Notes: generated from the letters alone by a model not told the origin. A stretch of 64,000 nucleotides of DNA from Eledone cirrhosa (GCA_964016885.1 OZ024751.1:36456001-36520000), one strand, 5' to 3'. Positions 42,931 to 59,777 are shown, counted from the stretch's first letter. Numbers and translations are program-made.

Positions 42931-43554
42931 TTATTTTTATTTTTTTTTTTTTTTTTTATTTTATTTTTTTTTATAATAATTATAATAATGAATAAATAAA
43001 TATATATTGTTATTACTATTATTGTTGTTGTTGTGGAAGGATCTATTTTCCTCCTTTTATCTAAATTATGTTTATCTTAATTGAAATAATGATATTTATG
43101 TAAAATATTTATTTGGTTCTCTGTCTTTATTTATTTATACATTTATTCAATTATTTTTAAATGTGAGTAAATGAGAACATTGCGTCGAGGGACATTGATT
43201 TGTGGAAAGGAACCAAGAACAATACGTGCCTGAAAGTCCCTATGGTACATGAGAGGGAAGATCTGAAGATGGTAAGTACAGGCTCCATTCCCACCCGTCG
43301 TGTTCGTGGCACGCACGCACCTGCCTTCTGCCTCCCATCGACCGACATCCCCCTCCATCACCACTGATATGCTGTCCCCTGTTACACCTACCCCCAGACA
43401 CTATCCCTCATCAATGTTATTCACTGCATTCATTACGTCCACGGCACCGATCCCCCCTTGTTATTCCCAGTCTGATCTGGTGACATTCGTTCCATTTCTA
43501 TGCCGCCTCCCTATCCTTGCTCTTCTTCTTCTTCTTCATATCTCTTCCAGTAGA

Positions 43555-45790
43555 CATTGTTGTTGCTGTTGCTATTGTTGTTGCTGGTGGTGTTGGTGGT
43601 GTTGGTGGTGTTGGTGGTGTTGGTTGTGTTGGTAGTGTTGGTGGTGTTGGTGGTGTTGGTGGTGTTGGTGGCGTTGTTGGTGTTGGTGGTGTTGGTGGTG
43701 TTGGTGGTGTTGGTGGTGGTGGTGGTGTTGGTGTTGTTGGTAGTGTTGGTGTTGTTGGTAGTGTTGGTTGTGTTGGTGGTGTTGTTGGTGTTGGTTGTGT
43801 TGGTGGCGTTGTTGGTGTTGGTGGTGTTGGTGGTGTTGGTGGTGTTGGTGGTGTTGGTGGTGTTGCTATTGTTGTTGCTGGTGGTGGTGGTGGTGTTGGT
43901 GGTGTTGGTGGTGTTGGTGGTGTTGGTGGTGTTGGTGGTGTTGATGGTGTTGGTTGTGTTGGTGGTGTTGGTGGTGTTGGTGGTGGTGGTGGTGTTGTTG
44001 GTAGTGTTGGTGTTGTTGGTAGTGTTGGTTGTGTTGGTGGTGTTGTTGGTGTTGGTTGTGTTGGTGGCGTTGTTGGTGTTGGTGGTGTTGGTGGTGTTGG
44101 TGGTGTTGGTGGTGTTGGTGGTGTTGCTATTGTTGTTGCTGGTGGTGGTGGTGGTGTTGGTGGTGTTGTTGGTGTTGGTGTTGTTTGTGGTGTTGGTTGT
44201 GTTGGTGGTGTTGTTGTTGTTGGTTGTGTTGGTGGTGTTGTTGGTGTTGGTTGTGTTGGTGGTGGTAGTTGTGTTGGTGGTGTTGGTGGTGTTGGTGTTG
44301 TTGGTGGTGTTGCTATTGTTGTTGCTGGTGGTGGTGTTGGTGTTGGTGGTGTTGGTGGTGGTAGTTGTGTTGGTGGTGTTGGTGGTGTTGGTGGTGTTGG
44401 TGTTGTTGGTGGTGTTGGTTGTGTTGGTGGTGTTGGTGGTGTTGGTTGTGTTGTTGGTGTTGATGGTGTTGGTGGTGTTGGTGTTGTTGTTGCTGGTGGT
44501 GTTGGTGGTGTTGGTGATGTTGGTAGTGTTGGTTGTGTTGGTGGAGTTGTTGGTGTTGGTTGTGTTGTTGGTGTTGATGGTGTTGGTGGTGTTGGTGTTG
44601 TTGGTGGTGTTGCTATTGTTGTTGCTGGTGGTGGTGTTGGTGTTGGTGGTGTTGGTGGTGTTGGTGATGTTGGTAGTGTTGGTTGTGTTGGTGGAGTTGT
44701 TGGTGTTGGTTGTGTTGTTGGTGTTGATGGTGTTGGTGGTGTTGGTGGTGTTGGTGTTGTTGGTGGTGTTGGTGGTGTTGGTTGCGTTGGTGGTGTTGGT
44801 GGTGTTGATGGTGTTGGTGGTGTTGGGGGTGTTGGTTGTGTTGGTGGTGTTGGTGTTGTTGGTAGTGTTGGTTGTGTTGGTGGAATTGTTGGTGTTGGTT
44901 GTGTTGGTGGTGTTGTTGGTGTTGGTGGTGTTGTTGGGTTGGTAGTGTTGGTGGTGTTGTTGGTGTTGGTGGTGGTGGTGGTGTTGGTGGTGTTGGTGGT
45001 GGTAGTGGTATTGGTGGCGTTGTTGGTGTTGGTGGTGTTGGTGTTGGTGTTGGTGGTGTTGGTGGTGTTGGTGGTGTTGGTGGTGTTGGTGGTGGTGTTG
45101 GTAGTGTTGGTGCTGTTGGTGGTGTTGGTGGTGTTGGTGGTGTTGGTGTTGGTGGTGTTGGTGGTGTTGGTGGTGTTGGTGTTTGTGTTGGTGTTGTTGG
45201 TGGTGTTGGTGTTGGTGGTGTTGGTAGTGTTGGTGTTGGTGGTGTTGGTGGTGTTGGTGTTGGTGGTGTTGGTAGTGTTGGTGTTGGTGGTGTTGGTGGT
45301 GTTGGTGGTGTTGGTGTTGGTTTTGGTGGTGTTGGTGGTTTTAATGGTGTTGGAGTTGGTGTTGGTGTTGGTGGTGTTGGTGGTGTTGGTGATGTTGGAG
45401 TTGGTGTTGGTGTTGGTGGTGTTGGTGGTGTTGGTGGTGTTGGTGATGTTGGAGTTGGTGTTGGTATTGGTGTTGTTGGTGGTGTTGGTGTTGGTGGTGT
45501 TGGTAGTGTTGGTGTTGGTGGTGTTGGTGGTGTTGGTGGTGTTGGTGTTGGTTTTGGTGGTGTTGGTGGTTTTAATGGTGTTGGAGTTGGTGTTGGTGTT
45601 GGTGGTGTTGGTGGTGTTGGTGATGTTGGAGTTGGTGTTGGTGTTGGTGGTGTTGGTGGTGTTGGTGGTGTTGGTGATATTGTTGAAATGATTGTTGTTG
45701 TTGTTAGTGGTGGTGGTGTTGGTGGCGTTGGTGGTGCTATTATTGAGATAATTTGTGTTGCTGTTGTTGTTGTTGTTGTTGTTGTTGTTG
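43555..45790. repeat. 2.2-kb compound (GGT/GTT)n repeat with internal higher-order duplications
   Basis: Direct reading; the 724 aa ORF is a poly-G/V/L artefact. Confidence 0.9.
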
Positions 45791-45917
45791 GGGAGGGGGG
45801 GGGGGGTATTATTGAGTTGACTTTGTTGTTTTTGTTGTGGTTAAAATGAATAAATAAATAAAATTTAGAAAATAATTAATAAAACAAACCATTACTGTTA
45901 AAAACATATATAAGTCC

Positions 45918-46143
45918 GTGGATTGGCAGAATCAGTAGAACGTCGGACATCCTGCTTCGCGGCATCGAGTTACGGCCTTTTATGTTCTGAGTTCAAATCC
46001 CGCTGTGGTTAGCTTTGCCATTCATCCCTACGGGGTCGATAATATAAAGTACCAGTAGCATACTGGAGTCAATTTAATCAACTTTAACCTCCCCTTCCCC
46101 CAAAAAAATTGCTGGCCTTGTGCCTAAAGTAGAAACAATTATT
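45918..46143 (+). mobile_element. Near full-length type-1 SINE
   Basis: tggcagaatcagtag (A-box-like), gagttcaaatcc (B-box-like), core and tail present. Confidence 0.85.
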
Positions 46144-46657
46144 ATTAATATTAATGTTGCTATTCATAGCTTTGCTACCACATGGAGAGCCCTGCTGAAA
46201 CTTCTCAAATATCAAACAATGATTATTCAATGAAGGAAGAATATAATTGATATACTGGGTTATTACCGTTAGATTTAGCTTTTATCAAAAGACATCGGCT
46301 GGGTGTAGGGGTATGAACTAACTACAATTACTATTATAACAATACCTTTCTCATATTATTGTTTGCTGTCTCCAGCTATGTTAAGCAATATTAATTCTAC
46401 CTAGGGTGATTGATGGATTTGCAGATACGTCAGAACTTCAGATTAAATACTTTGCAGCATTGCTTCAAGCTCTCTACGTCTTCAGTTCAAATCCTGCTCA
46501 TGTCAGTTTTGCTTTTCAACTTTCCAGGATCGACAAAATATTTACATTCTTTGTTGAGTAATGGTCTAACTAGTTTCAAACAGAATCTATCCTCATTTAT
46601 CTATATATATATATATATGGATGTATATATAATGTAATTCTAATATATATATATATA

Positions 46658-46815
46658 ACGAAGGAAGTGTGGTAAGAGTACTTTGGGTAGTAGAGTGGAT
46701 AAAAGGAAAAGGGTCAAGACCCCGACGGCAGAGCTCAAGCCGTTTCGACGGATTTTTCTGGACTAACTTAAATTTTTAGCGTGGTGCTGATATAGCCGAA
46801 CCCCTTCACCCTTGA
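46658..46815. mobile_element. Family A element without inversion
   Basis: Same left end (acgaag..gtggtaag..gggtagtagagtgg) and gacggcagagctcaagccgtttcgacgg, then continues into unique sequence; TA on both sides. Confidence 0.75.
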
Positions 46816-46992
46816 TATATATATATATATATATATATATCAACTTCCTTCGGACATGCGCCTGCGCAGACCGGTGAGGGTGAATTGGTACTCACAGGGG
46901 AATGGATGAAGAACCCAAGAGCACACACTTCGTCCGTTCCCATGTCGATTCAATTTTGATTGCCTCGGTAACAAAACCTTATTATGTAACAA

Positions 46993-47066
46993 GCTGTCTG
47001 ACGATGTCGCGACATTGGCGCACGGAACAGTGTGGCCACTGTCGCCATTGAAATATATATCACAGC
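46993..47066 (+). ncRNA. Type-I hammerhead ribozyme motif
   Basis: Stem I GCUGU/ACAGC; CUGACGA; long stem II (GCGACA/UGUCGC, UGG/CCA, GCAC/GUGU); GAAA; palindromic AUAUAUAU; cleavage AUC. Confidence 0.7.
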
Positions 47067-47248
47067 ATTGGCAGTATCGGTAGAGGGTCGGACGCCATGC
47101 TTTCCAACATAGTTGCGTCCCTTTACGGTCTGAGTTCAAATCCCGCCGAGGTTGACTTTGCCTTTCATCATTACGGGGTCGATAAAATAAAATACCAGTA
47201 ATGTACTGGGTAATTGCTGGCCTTGTGCCAAAAGTAGAAACAATTATT
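47067..47248 (+). mobile_element. Type-1 SINE abutting the HHR
   Basis: ttggcagtatcggtagagggtcggacgccatgc..gagttcaaatcccgccgagg..agtagaaacaattatt. Confidence 0.85.
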
Positions 47249-47438
47249 CTATATATATATATATATAGAAATATTAAGACCCTCTTCCTGCTATTTCAAG
47301 CGTTAAACAAATATATATATATTTATATATATATTAATATATAAATGGATTAGAAACTTTACTCATCCACAGACGGCAGACGATGAGCGAGAATTGTCCT
47401 TGCGTTTGTGTCTTCCCTGTTTTCATCCACGTTTCTTA

Positions 47439-47862
<424 letters not shown>

Positions 47863-48297
47863 CACGCACATATACACACACGAAGACACACACACACACG
47901 AAGACACACACACACACGAAGACACACACACACGAAGACACACACACACACACAGATGTTCTAAGTATCTTCTTTATATCTTTATTATATTCAGTATTAA
48001 GAATCCAGTGTTGATCTTTCCGAAGAAATGTTTAGACTAGACTACAGAGTGAGAGAGAGAGCGAGCAGCCAGCGATAAGCGAAAGGGGAATAACTCGTCA
48101 TATAATTAAATTCGATTGCTAGCGTCAATCTACATTACAAATATCTCTCTCTATATATATATATGTGCGTGTGCGTATGTGTGTGTGTGTGTGAGTGTGT
48201 GTATAGATGTCTGTGTGTGTTTGTGTGCCCGTTTGTGTGATCATTTATATATATTTATACACACACATGTAATTATATGCGTTACACTCCCAGGATA

Positions 48298-48437
<140 letters not shown>

Positions 48438-48508
48438 TTGAAGACAAAAATCCAAAGAGGGCTCGATAAGGATAAATATATATCAAGTATATAAAAACCG
48501 TAGAGCAA

Positions 48509-48571
<63 letters not shown>

Positions 48572-48596
48572 AGTAAAAAACAAAAGCAACATATAT

Positions 48597-48769
<173 letters not shown>

Positions 48770-48780
48770 TCATATATATA

Positions 48781-48818
<38 letters not shown>

Positions 48819-48831
48819 ATATACGTCTAGG

Positions 48832-48866
<35 letters not shown>

Positions 48867-49098
48867 GGGGGACAGAGAGTGAGAGGGGGGAGAGAGGGAG
48901 AACTGCTGTAGGATAGAGAGACAGACCGCCTCCAAGTTAAAAGTATAACAAACGAAAATAAATAAATATATAAATAATTATATTAATTAATTAAAATATT
49001 TCGACTGATACTTTAATCAATGTATATAGTGTAGTGTATTGCTATTATAACTATATATATATATACACACACATATGTGTATATATATATATACACAC

Positions 49099-49221
<123 letters not shown>

Positions 49222-49228
49222 CACACAC

Positions 49229-49342
<114 letters not shown>

Positions 49343-49474
49343 GTATATATATATATACACACACGTATGTATATATATATATAAATGAAAATATATATAT
49401 ATATGTATATATATATATACACACATATATACATATGTGTGTGTTATATCTATCTATAGAAATATATCCATCTA

Positions 49475-49516
<42 letters not shown>

Positions 49517-49527
49517 CATATATATAC

Positions 49528-49669
<142 letters not shown>

Positions 49670-49788
49670 TTATATATATATATATTTGTTTGTATGTATA
49701 TACACATATATAATAAGCTTTCTGTGTTATGTAACATAATCAATATATAATTATATAGACATATATAATAGAGATTAAACCTAATTAT

Positions 49789-49892
<104 letters not shown>

Positions 49893-49893
49893 C

Positions 49894-49924
<31 letters not shown>

Positions 49925-50339
49925 CGAGTGTATATATTTTATGAACTACGTAATTTTCGATACAAAGAAATATTAAATTCTTAAAATGTCTTCATGGCGA
50001 GTACATACACACAGACACACACACAGACACACACAGACACACACAGACACACACATGCACAGACACACACACACGCGCACACACACACATTCATACACAC
50101 ACACATATATGTATGTATATCTATATATCTACTAAGTGCACGTACATATGCAGTTTTGTGTATTTATGTTTGTGTGTGTAGGTGCATGTGTGAATGCCTT
50201 TATATGTATGTCTATCGAGAAAAACGTATATACACATGTACATATATATATACTCTGACGTATATACACATGTACATATATACATTCGTATCTGCAGTTG
50301 AGCGTATATTTGTGTTCTGATGTGCTTTTATATGTTTAC

Positions 50340-50870
50340 ATGTGTATGTATACGTGTATGTATACGTGTATGTATGTATACGTGTATTCATGTATACGTG
50401 TATGTATGTATACATGTATGTATACGTGTATGTATGTATACGTTTATGTATGTATACGTGTATGTATGTATACGGGTATGTATGTATACGTGTATGTATG
50501 TATACGTGTATGTATGTATACGGGTATGTATGTATACGTGTATGTATGTATACATGTATGTATGTATATGTGTATGTATGTCTACGTGTATGTATGTATA
50601 CGTGTATGTATGTATACGTGTATGTATGTATACGTGTATGTTATGTATGTATACGGGTATGTATGTATACGTGTATGTATGTATACATGTATGTATGTAT
50701 ATGTGTATGTATGTATACGTGTATGTATGTATACGTGTATGTATGTCTACGTGTATGTATGTATACGTGTATGTATGTATATGTGTATGTATGTATACGT
50801 GTATGTATGTATACGTGTATGTATGTATACGTGTATGTATGTATACGTGTATGTATGTATACGTGTATGC
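50340..50870. repeat. 16-bp TATG-derived minisatellite
   Basis: Unit gtgtatgtatgtatac. Confidence 0.85.
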
Positions 50871-50944
50871 GCTGTTACAGACGTTTTTGTTGTTGTTTAT
50901 ATGTGTGAATGTGTGTGTGTATATGTGGTTATATAGTTATGTTC

Positions 50945-50987
<43 letters not shown>

Positions 50988-51350
50988 GATGTGTTTTTGT
51001 TGTTATTTTTTGTCTAAATATCCAGAGGTTTGTTGCGTAGAGAACCGTTAATCCTTAAAGAATGTTTGTTCACTGGTGCTGCCACCTAACCAGAGAGGGA
51101 GAGAGGCAGCGGGGGGGGGGGGGACTGACCCAGAGACAGACAGACAGACAGATACATTGGCAGGCAGCCAGACAGGCTAACAATCACCCACTCAGCCCAC
51201 AGAGATAGATAGACAGACAGACAGACAGAGTGGCAGGCGCCCTACTGATTGACATAACTAAGGAAGTACTGAATTAAAAGTTCACTTCAATAACTGCCAA
51301 TAGAGGCGCCCACATCGTTTCACTACTTCTCACCATATCTCTCTCACACA

Positions 51351-51424
<74 letters not shown>

Positions 51425-51494
51425 ATATATATATTTATAATATATATATATATATATACATATATATACATATATATACATATATATATGCATG

Positions 51495-51573
<79 letters not shown>

Positions 51574-51583
51574 TATATATATG

Positions 51584-51669
<86 letters not shown>

Positions 51670-51677
51670 TATATGAG

Positions 51678-51780
<103 letters not shown>

Positions 51781-51879
51781 TATATATATATATATATGTA
51801 TATATATATGTCTCTCTGTTTCTCTCCCTTACTCTCTTCCTCTCTCTATCTCTTTCTTCCTCATATGTTACAACAAAAC

Positions 51880-52585
51880 TGCCATCAACACCACCAACAA
51901 CAACTATACCACAACTACCACCACTACTAACACCAACAACAACTATACCACCACTACCACCACCAACAACACCACTACCACCACTACCACCACTACCACC
52001 ACTACCACCACTACCACCACTACCACCACCACTACCACCACCACTACCACCACTACTACCACCACTACTAACACTGCCGCCTACACAACCAACATCACAT
52101 CACTGTATAAACATGAAAATACACATAACTTGCATATCCACAGTAATATCATCACCATCACCGTCACCATCATCATCATCATCACCATCATCACCAACAA
52201 CATCAACATCATCACCATCATCACCATCACCATCATCATCACCATCATCATCACCATCACCATCACCATCATCACCATCACCATCATCACCATCACCATC
52301 ATCACCATCACCATCATCATCACCATCATCATCATCACCATCATCAACAACATCATCACCATCACCATCATCACCATCACCATCATCATCACCATCATCA
52401 TCATCACCATTATCAACAACATCATCACCATCACCATCATCACCATCACCATCATCATCACCATCATCATCATCACCATCATCAACAACATCATCACCAT
52501 CACCATCATCAACAACATCATCACCATCACCATCATCATCACCATCATCAACAACATCATCACCATCACCATCATCACCAACAAC

Positions 52586-52617
<32 letters not shown>

Positions 52618-52860
52618 CATCATCATCACCATCATCAACAACATCATCACCATCACCATCATCATCATCACCATCATCATCACCATCATCATCAACAACA
52701 TCATCACCATCACCATCACCATCATCACCATCATCAACAACACCATCACCATCACCATCATCATCATCACCATCATCAACAACATCATCACCATCACCAT
52801 CATCATCATCACCATCATCAACAACATCATCACCATCATCATCTTCCTCGTTATCATTAT
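51880..52860. repeat. Compound (ACC/ACT) then (ATC/ACC) repeats
   Basis: Direct reading. Confidence 0.9.
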
Positions 52861-52864
52861 CATT

Positions 52865-52972
52865 TTCAAATCCCGCCGATGTTAACTTTGCCTTTCACGG
52901 GGTCGATAAAATAAAGTACCAGTAATGCACTGGGGTATTTGCTGGCCTTGTGCCAAAAGTAGGAACAATTAT
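52865..52972 (+). mobile_element. 5'-truncated type-1 SINE
   Basis: ttcaaatcccgccga..gcctttcacggggtcgataaaataaagtaccagtaatgcactgggg.. Confidence 0.8.
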
Positions 52973-53735
52973 CATTATATTCATCATCATCGTCAAAGAT
53001 TATCAACATCATCATCATCATCGTCATCTCACAATCATCATCAGATCGTCACACCACCACCACCACCACACTGCCAAACACCACCACCACCACCACCAAA
53101 CTATGCACTATTGTATTCCTACAACATCAACGACAACAGCAGCAACAACAACAATAACAGCAACAACAGTGAGATACTGAACGCTAGCGAGCGATGTCAC
53201 GTGATCCAACCACTCTGGCAAAGGAAACACGCTAAGCTATCTATCACTTACCGCCCCCTCCTTCACTTTCTCTATCGATCCCCACATACCCCCCCCCCCC
53301 ACACACACACACACACACCACCATCCCCACACACACACACACTACCACCACCGCCACCACCACCACCATCACCACCACCACCACCACCACCACAACACCA
53401 CCACCCCTACCGCCCTCACCACCACCACCACCACCACCACCACCATCACCACCACCACCGCCACCCATATACACCACCACCACCACCACCACCACCCCTA
53501 CCGCCCTCACCACCACCACCACCACCACCACCACCACCACCACCACCACCACCACCACCACAACACCACCACCACACCACCACCACCACCACCACCACCA
53601 CCACCACCACCACCACCACCACCACCACCACAAAACAAGACATACCTTTATCTAATATTCTTTTGAAAGTAGAGTGAAATAGTTCAAGTCCCAGGCTCGA
53701 CTGATTCCGGCTGACATTATCTGAATTTGGCCCAT

Positions 53736-53810
53736 GTGGAGGCGTGGAACTTAGTGGTTAGGGAGTTCAATGCACGTTCGTGTGGTCATAGGTTCGATTC
53801 CCAGGCGACG
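53736..53810 (+). mobile_element. tRNA-derived SINE head (type-2-like)
   Basis: tggaggcgtgg..ttagtggttaggg..ggttcgattccc. Confidence 0.6.
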
Positions 53811-54540
53811 ACGTTGCACCAGTCAACTCTGTACCGGTAAATCAAAGGAACATCCTTGTTATACACTGAATCACATTGGATTTCACTGAATCTCCTTTAG
53901 AACTATACTATGTCTTCACATGTCTTCGAATACTCCGCCATCTGCAGGTTAATATCAAAGTTACGTAGTTCTGTCGATCAAACATCTGCAATAATCATCG
54001 TCTAAACCGACGGAGAGCCAAACTATAAGCAATCGTGTGGAGGCTTGCCTTGTTAACCAAGTTAAAGAATCTGTTACATTTCGACATGTGACGGCTAGAC
54101 AGTAAGTTTATTGTGTGGTGAAATTAAACTACGGCGTGTTATCTTCCAGTTTTAAATGTCACATACATACTAAAACTAAAAACAAAAGTCATTTACGAGG
54201 TACTGACTTTTGTAATATTTCGGGAGGTTCTACGTCGCTATCGACGAAGAGCACCCGAGCAATGTTTTCTTAGGGAATATAATACACACTAAGTGGCTAC
54301 TATCATAACTTCTAATCTTGTAAGTTACGTGAGGAGGTCAACATTTGTGTGTTTATCATTTCGATATATACATGAGATAATTTAATACCAAAGAGCTGTC
54401 AGCTCGCCTTAATGTATTAGAAACCTGGATACGAGACATACGATATTTACGTCGTTCAATTGACAGAATATAAAAGATCTTTCATCGAACATGTTGTATA
54501 TTGATTAATATACATGATCCAGTAATTGATTACTTAATTT

Positions 54541-54674
54541 TTGAAATTTACACCTGATGACGTTGCCAAAATTCTTACGTCATCATTTGATGAGGTAAGC
54601 AGACCTTGGAAATATGTATTGGGATTTTTGCAACAATAAAGAAATATTTCGAAACCGGTCTTCTGTTTTCATTG

Positions 54675-54678
<4 letters not shown>
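54541..54678 (+). mobile_element. Family H element with nested double HHR-like cores
   Basis: CUGAUGA(54554)..GAAACCGGUC(54651-54660) encloses UUGAUGA-GGU-aagcag-ACC-uug-GAAAUAUGUAU; ends ttttcattgaaat(TA)n, as does ~25995-26022. Confidence 0.5.
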
Positions 54679-54750
<72 letters not shown>

Positions 54751-54754
54751 TTCT

Positions 54755-54930
54755 ATGGTGTTCACTTGTCCCCCTCGCTTTACGCGATTACTGGTCCCAA
54801 TAACTTTTTTTAGATTATTGCTCGCACCAACCTGAGGTATCTGATTTTTAATGCGATGAAATACAAATGATGGTTGGAAAATCACTGACGAAGGACTATT
54901 TTTATCATATGTAACCCATGTGCAAACCAC
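54755..54930 (-). repeat. Dispersed repeat family G, second copy
   Basis: Reverse-complement homology to 34180-34350. Confidence 0.65.
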
Positions 54931-54951
54931 GCAGTATTCTTCTTTCTTCTC

Positions 54952-55004
<53 letters not shown>

Positions 55005-55250
55005 CATTTTGGATGTGTGTTTACTCCCTATATTTATCTTTCTTTCTATCACCACCTCATACTTCTACTCACCTTCTTCTTCCACGTTATTTCCTCGTCG
55101 CTGCTTTCACTTTCCCATAACATTCTGTGTATATTGTCTTTCCGTTTTATGTACCTTTTTGTAGTGAGCACCTTAATGGACTCGTATCCATTCGTCGTTA
55201 CTTCTCACCGTGGGGCGACATCGGTTTTTCTGTTAATGTATATGCATGAT

Positions 55251-55325
<75 letters not shown>

Positions 55326-55550
55326 AGGAATTACGATAGTTCTCCGAAATGCACTCTTGACTTTTCCCTGAGTCAGGGTTACTGTTGTTCTGGTCCTCGC
55401 TGGCTTCAATTTGCATAGCTGTCTAAACGTAATATTATAACTCTAAGTTAAAATTCCTTATTGAGCGCTTTGGGGCTTTTGGCTGCACTTCCCGACAGGA
55501 TTCGTTAGCTTGCCCGCAACCAGAGCTTCGATTATGCTGTACTACCTTCT

Positions 55551-55597
<47 letters not shown>

Positions 55598-56471
55598 TTT
55601 TATATATATATATATATATACATATATATATAAATATATACATATATTTACATACATATATGAAAATATATATGTGTGTGTATGAATATAATATATATAT
55701 GTATATGTATATGTATAAATATATATATGAATACATAAATATATATATGAAATATATAAATACATACATACATACTTGTATTTCTTTCTAAGAACAAGGC
55801 TTTCACATACTGGAAACTGCTCTAATTTAAAATAGGTCGTGAGACTATTGCAACCTCTAAACATTGACTCGTCCAGCTGGATGGAAACGCTACACGATTG
55901 AACTTCTAAACTTATCGTCTTTTCAACATCTTCTCACTCTTACAAATCTAGCATAATACTGTATTGTTACCCAGTGTAATAACCTAAATATTTATTTCAG
56001 AATCCTTCTTCATACCAGATTTTATGGCATCATTTAAAGCTGGTGCAGTGATATCCATTTCAAATATATGGGGTATTCATTCACTTCATCAGTTCTTGTT
56101 TAATATGTTTATATGATACGTAATCATTTCAGTAATAAAATATATAATTAATAGTGAATTCATATCTATTCGCTCTGATCCAGTTATATATATGCCTTTC
56201 AAACTCGGGTATTCTGGTAGTATATATATATATACGTAATTTTTTTACGTATTTAACCATGATTTTTGCGAGAGAAGCCCGTAAATATTCGTGTACATTG
56301 TTTGCTTTGTTATTGTCTAACATATATCTTACCAATCTGTTCTCCAAACTGGAATTGCGAGGTGAATACCACCTTAATCCACGAAATTGCAAGTAAGCTA
56401 GGTGACTGCTGAAGTAAAATGTAGTTACATCATCTTCTTGTACAACTGCATTTTCTGCATATATATGTATA

Positions 56472-56840
<369 letters not shown>

Positions 56841-57077
56841 GGAGAGAGGGAGGAGGGGGAAGTGAAAGATGGAGAGATTCTTGTGTCTTTCCAGCAGCGA
56901 TTTAGTAAAAAAGAGTAAAGACTTTCTCATTCGGAATGATGTACGCAGTAGTTTGAGAAATATAATGAATTATATTATTTATTGGCAACTAATGAACAGA
57001 GTTAATCCTGTTTCCAGCCTATATTCATGGTATTTACAACTCTGTAAACTAGTCTACAATAAAATATATACGTTTAC

Positions 57078-57146
<69 letters not shown>

Positions 57147-57301
57147 TGAACATACATATATACATATATGTATATATACAAATATATATACATATGTATA
57201 TATGTATAAATATATGTATATATACAAATATATATATATATGTATATATGTATAAATATATGTATATATACAAATATATATACATATATACATATGTATA
57301 A

Positions 57302-57401
<100 letters not shown>

Positions 57402-57410
57402 GTGTGTGTG

Positions 57411-57456
<46 letters not shown>

Positions 57457-57977
57457 TATATATATGTGTGTGCGTGTGTACGTGTGTGCCTCTGATTGTA
57501 TATATGCCTGATACATATATATATATATATATACACACACATATATGTATATATATACTCACATATATATGCATATGTGTGTGTGTGTTTACATGTGTGC
57601 CTCATATTTATTTTATATGTATTTAAATCTGAACAACGATTTCTGTGCTTCAATATTGTTCACAGATCGATCGACGTGATTGAGCATGGATCTGAAACTC
57701 ACAATTTCATATCCGCGTGTAATTGTCAACAAACACCAAGTTTACCACCCTTGGTGAATTAAGAGATTTTAATCATTGAAAGAACCATCATTAAATAATA
57801 TTATATCGATTATAAACATCCAACATGGCTAGATTTCACACATGCGGATTTATTGATTAAATTCTAGGAGTTATTTGAATTACGAAAATACGGTTAACAG
57901 ATAGATGTTAACTCCTGAAGATCTCTCAAATAGTATAAATATATATATACATATACATATATATACATACATGCATA

Positions 57978-58102
<125 letters not shown>

Positions 58103-58125
58103 TTATATATATATATATATATATG

Positions 58126-58426
<301 letters not shown>

Positions 58427-58620
58427 TATATATATATATATATATATACATATGTGTGAGTAGTGAGAGAGAGAGAAAGAGACAAAGGGGGGAGGGGAGA
58501 TAGAGGGGGAGTTGGTACTTTGAACATACAGAAAGACAACAACGGAAACGAGAATCATGCATAGTCGAGAAAGCTGGAACAAAATACACCATTCATATAA
58601 ATATATATCTATAGACATAC

Positions 58621-58686
<66 letters not shown>

Positions 58687-58763
58687 ATATATGTATATAT
58701 ATATATATACATATATATATGATATATATACGTATATATATATATATATACTTATATATATAC

Positions 58764-58830
<67 letters not shown>

Positions 58831-58833
<3 letters not shown>

Positions 58834-59080
58834 TGGCTGCCAACTCGTTTTCGAGTACGGCCACTACTTTATATCCATGTAGGAGAACCCCTACCGATGC
58901 GCTGAACGAATGTGACTTTTTAGTCCAGTCAGCGACTTGAAAACTCTGGTACAAAGACTACACTTGTGACCATTATTGACACATAGTGCAGGGCCCATGG
59001 TACCATGTGATGACAAGTGCAGAGAGATCTCCAGATATAAAGCAATGCCTGTGCTGTGAAGCTTTTATAGTGAGCAAAGG
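58831..59080 (-). mobile_element. RTE-type LINE 3' end with C-terminal C2H2 finger, ending in (TA)n
   Basis: Minus strand [25 protein letters not shown] (stop at 58890-58892), then a short UTR ..ctcgaaaacgagttggcagccacc-(AT)n. Confidence 0.7.
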
Positions 59081-59400
59081 CACATATACATACGTATATA
59101 TATATCGTATTCGTGTATCATAAGCAATCTTAGGCGATGTACGTATACAAATATCTCTAAGTATGGATTATATAGAAGTACTCAACTATAATTGGGACAG
59201 CTAGCTTGGAATTAAGGTATATCTGTTATCCGATATAATGTGTAATGATGTGATTAAACCGCTATATTGATGTTGCATCATTCAATTATGAAAATACTCG
59301 TATTATTGATAAGCATCCTTTTCTTAATATACATAATGTTAAATGTTAACATCTTTTAATATATGTGTGTGCAGGATAGAACATATATATATATATATAT

Positions 59401-59571
59401 ATTGTTTTATTTGTGAGGGTCATGTTGCCAATAAGAAACACACGCACCAGTTGCTTTCACTTCAATTTATTATAATAAATTTTTAAATTTAGGAATTTAT
59501 AAATTTCCGGTTGGTTGTGTGTGTTTCTTATTGGCAACATGACCCTCCCAAAGTATAACAATATCAGTTTC
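59401..59571. mobile_element. Family E element, second copy
   Basis: Arms gagggtcatgttgccaataagaaacacac / gtgtgtttcttattggcaacatgaccctc; TA-flanked. Confidence 0.75.
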
Positions 59572-59603
<32 letters not shown>

Positions 59604-59604
59604 G

Positions 59605-59777
<173 letters not shown>

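Noticed and set aside
43517-45849. 724 aa Gly/Val-rich ORF resembling a structural protein
   Set aside because: Open in all three plus frames with a phase shift midway; simple-repeat artefact.
56045-56098. CUGAUGA..GAAA on the minus strand
   Set aside because: Stem II is out of register and there is no stem I.
58890-58965. Host C2H2 zinc-finger gene exon
   Set aside because: Single finger followed by stop, short UTR and TA tail matches an RTE-type LINE 3' end.
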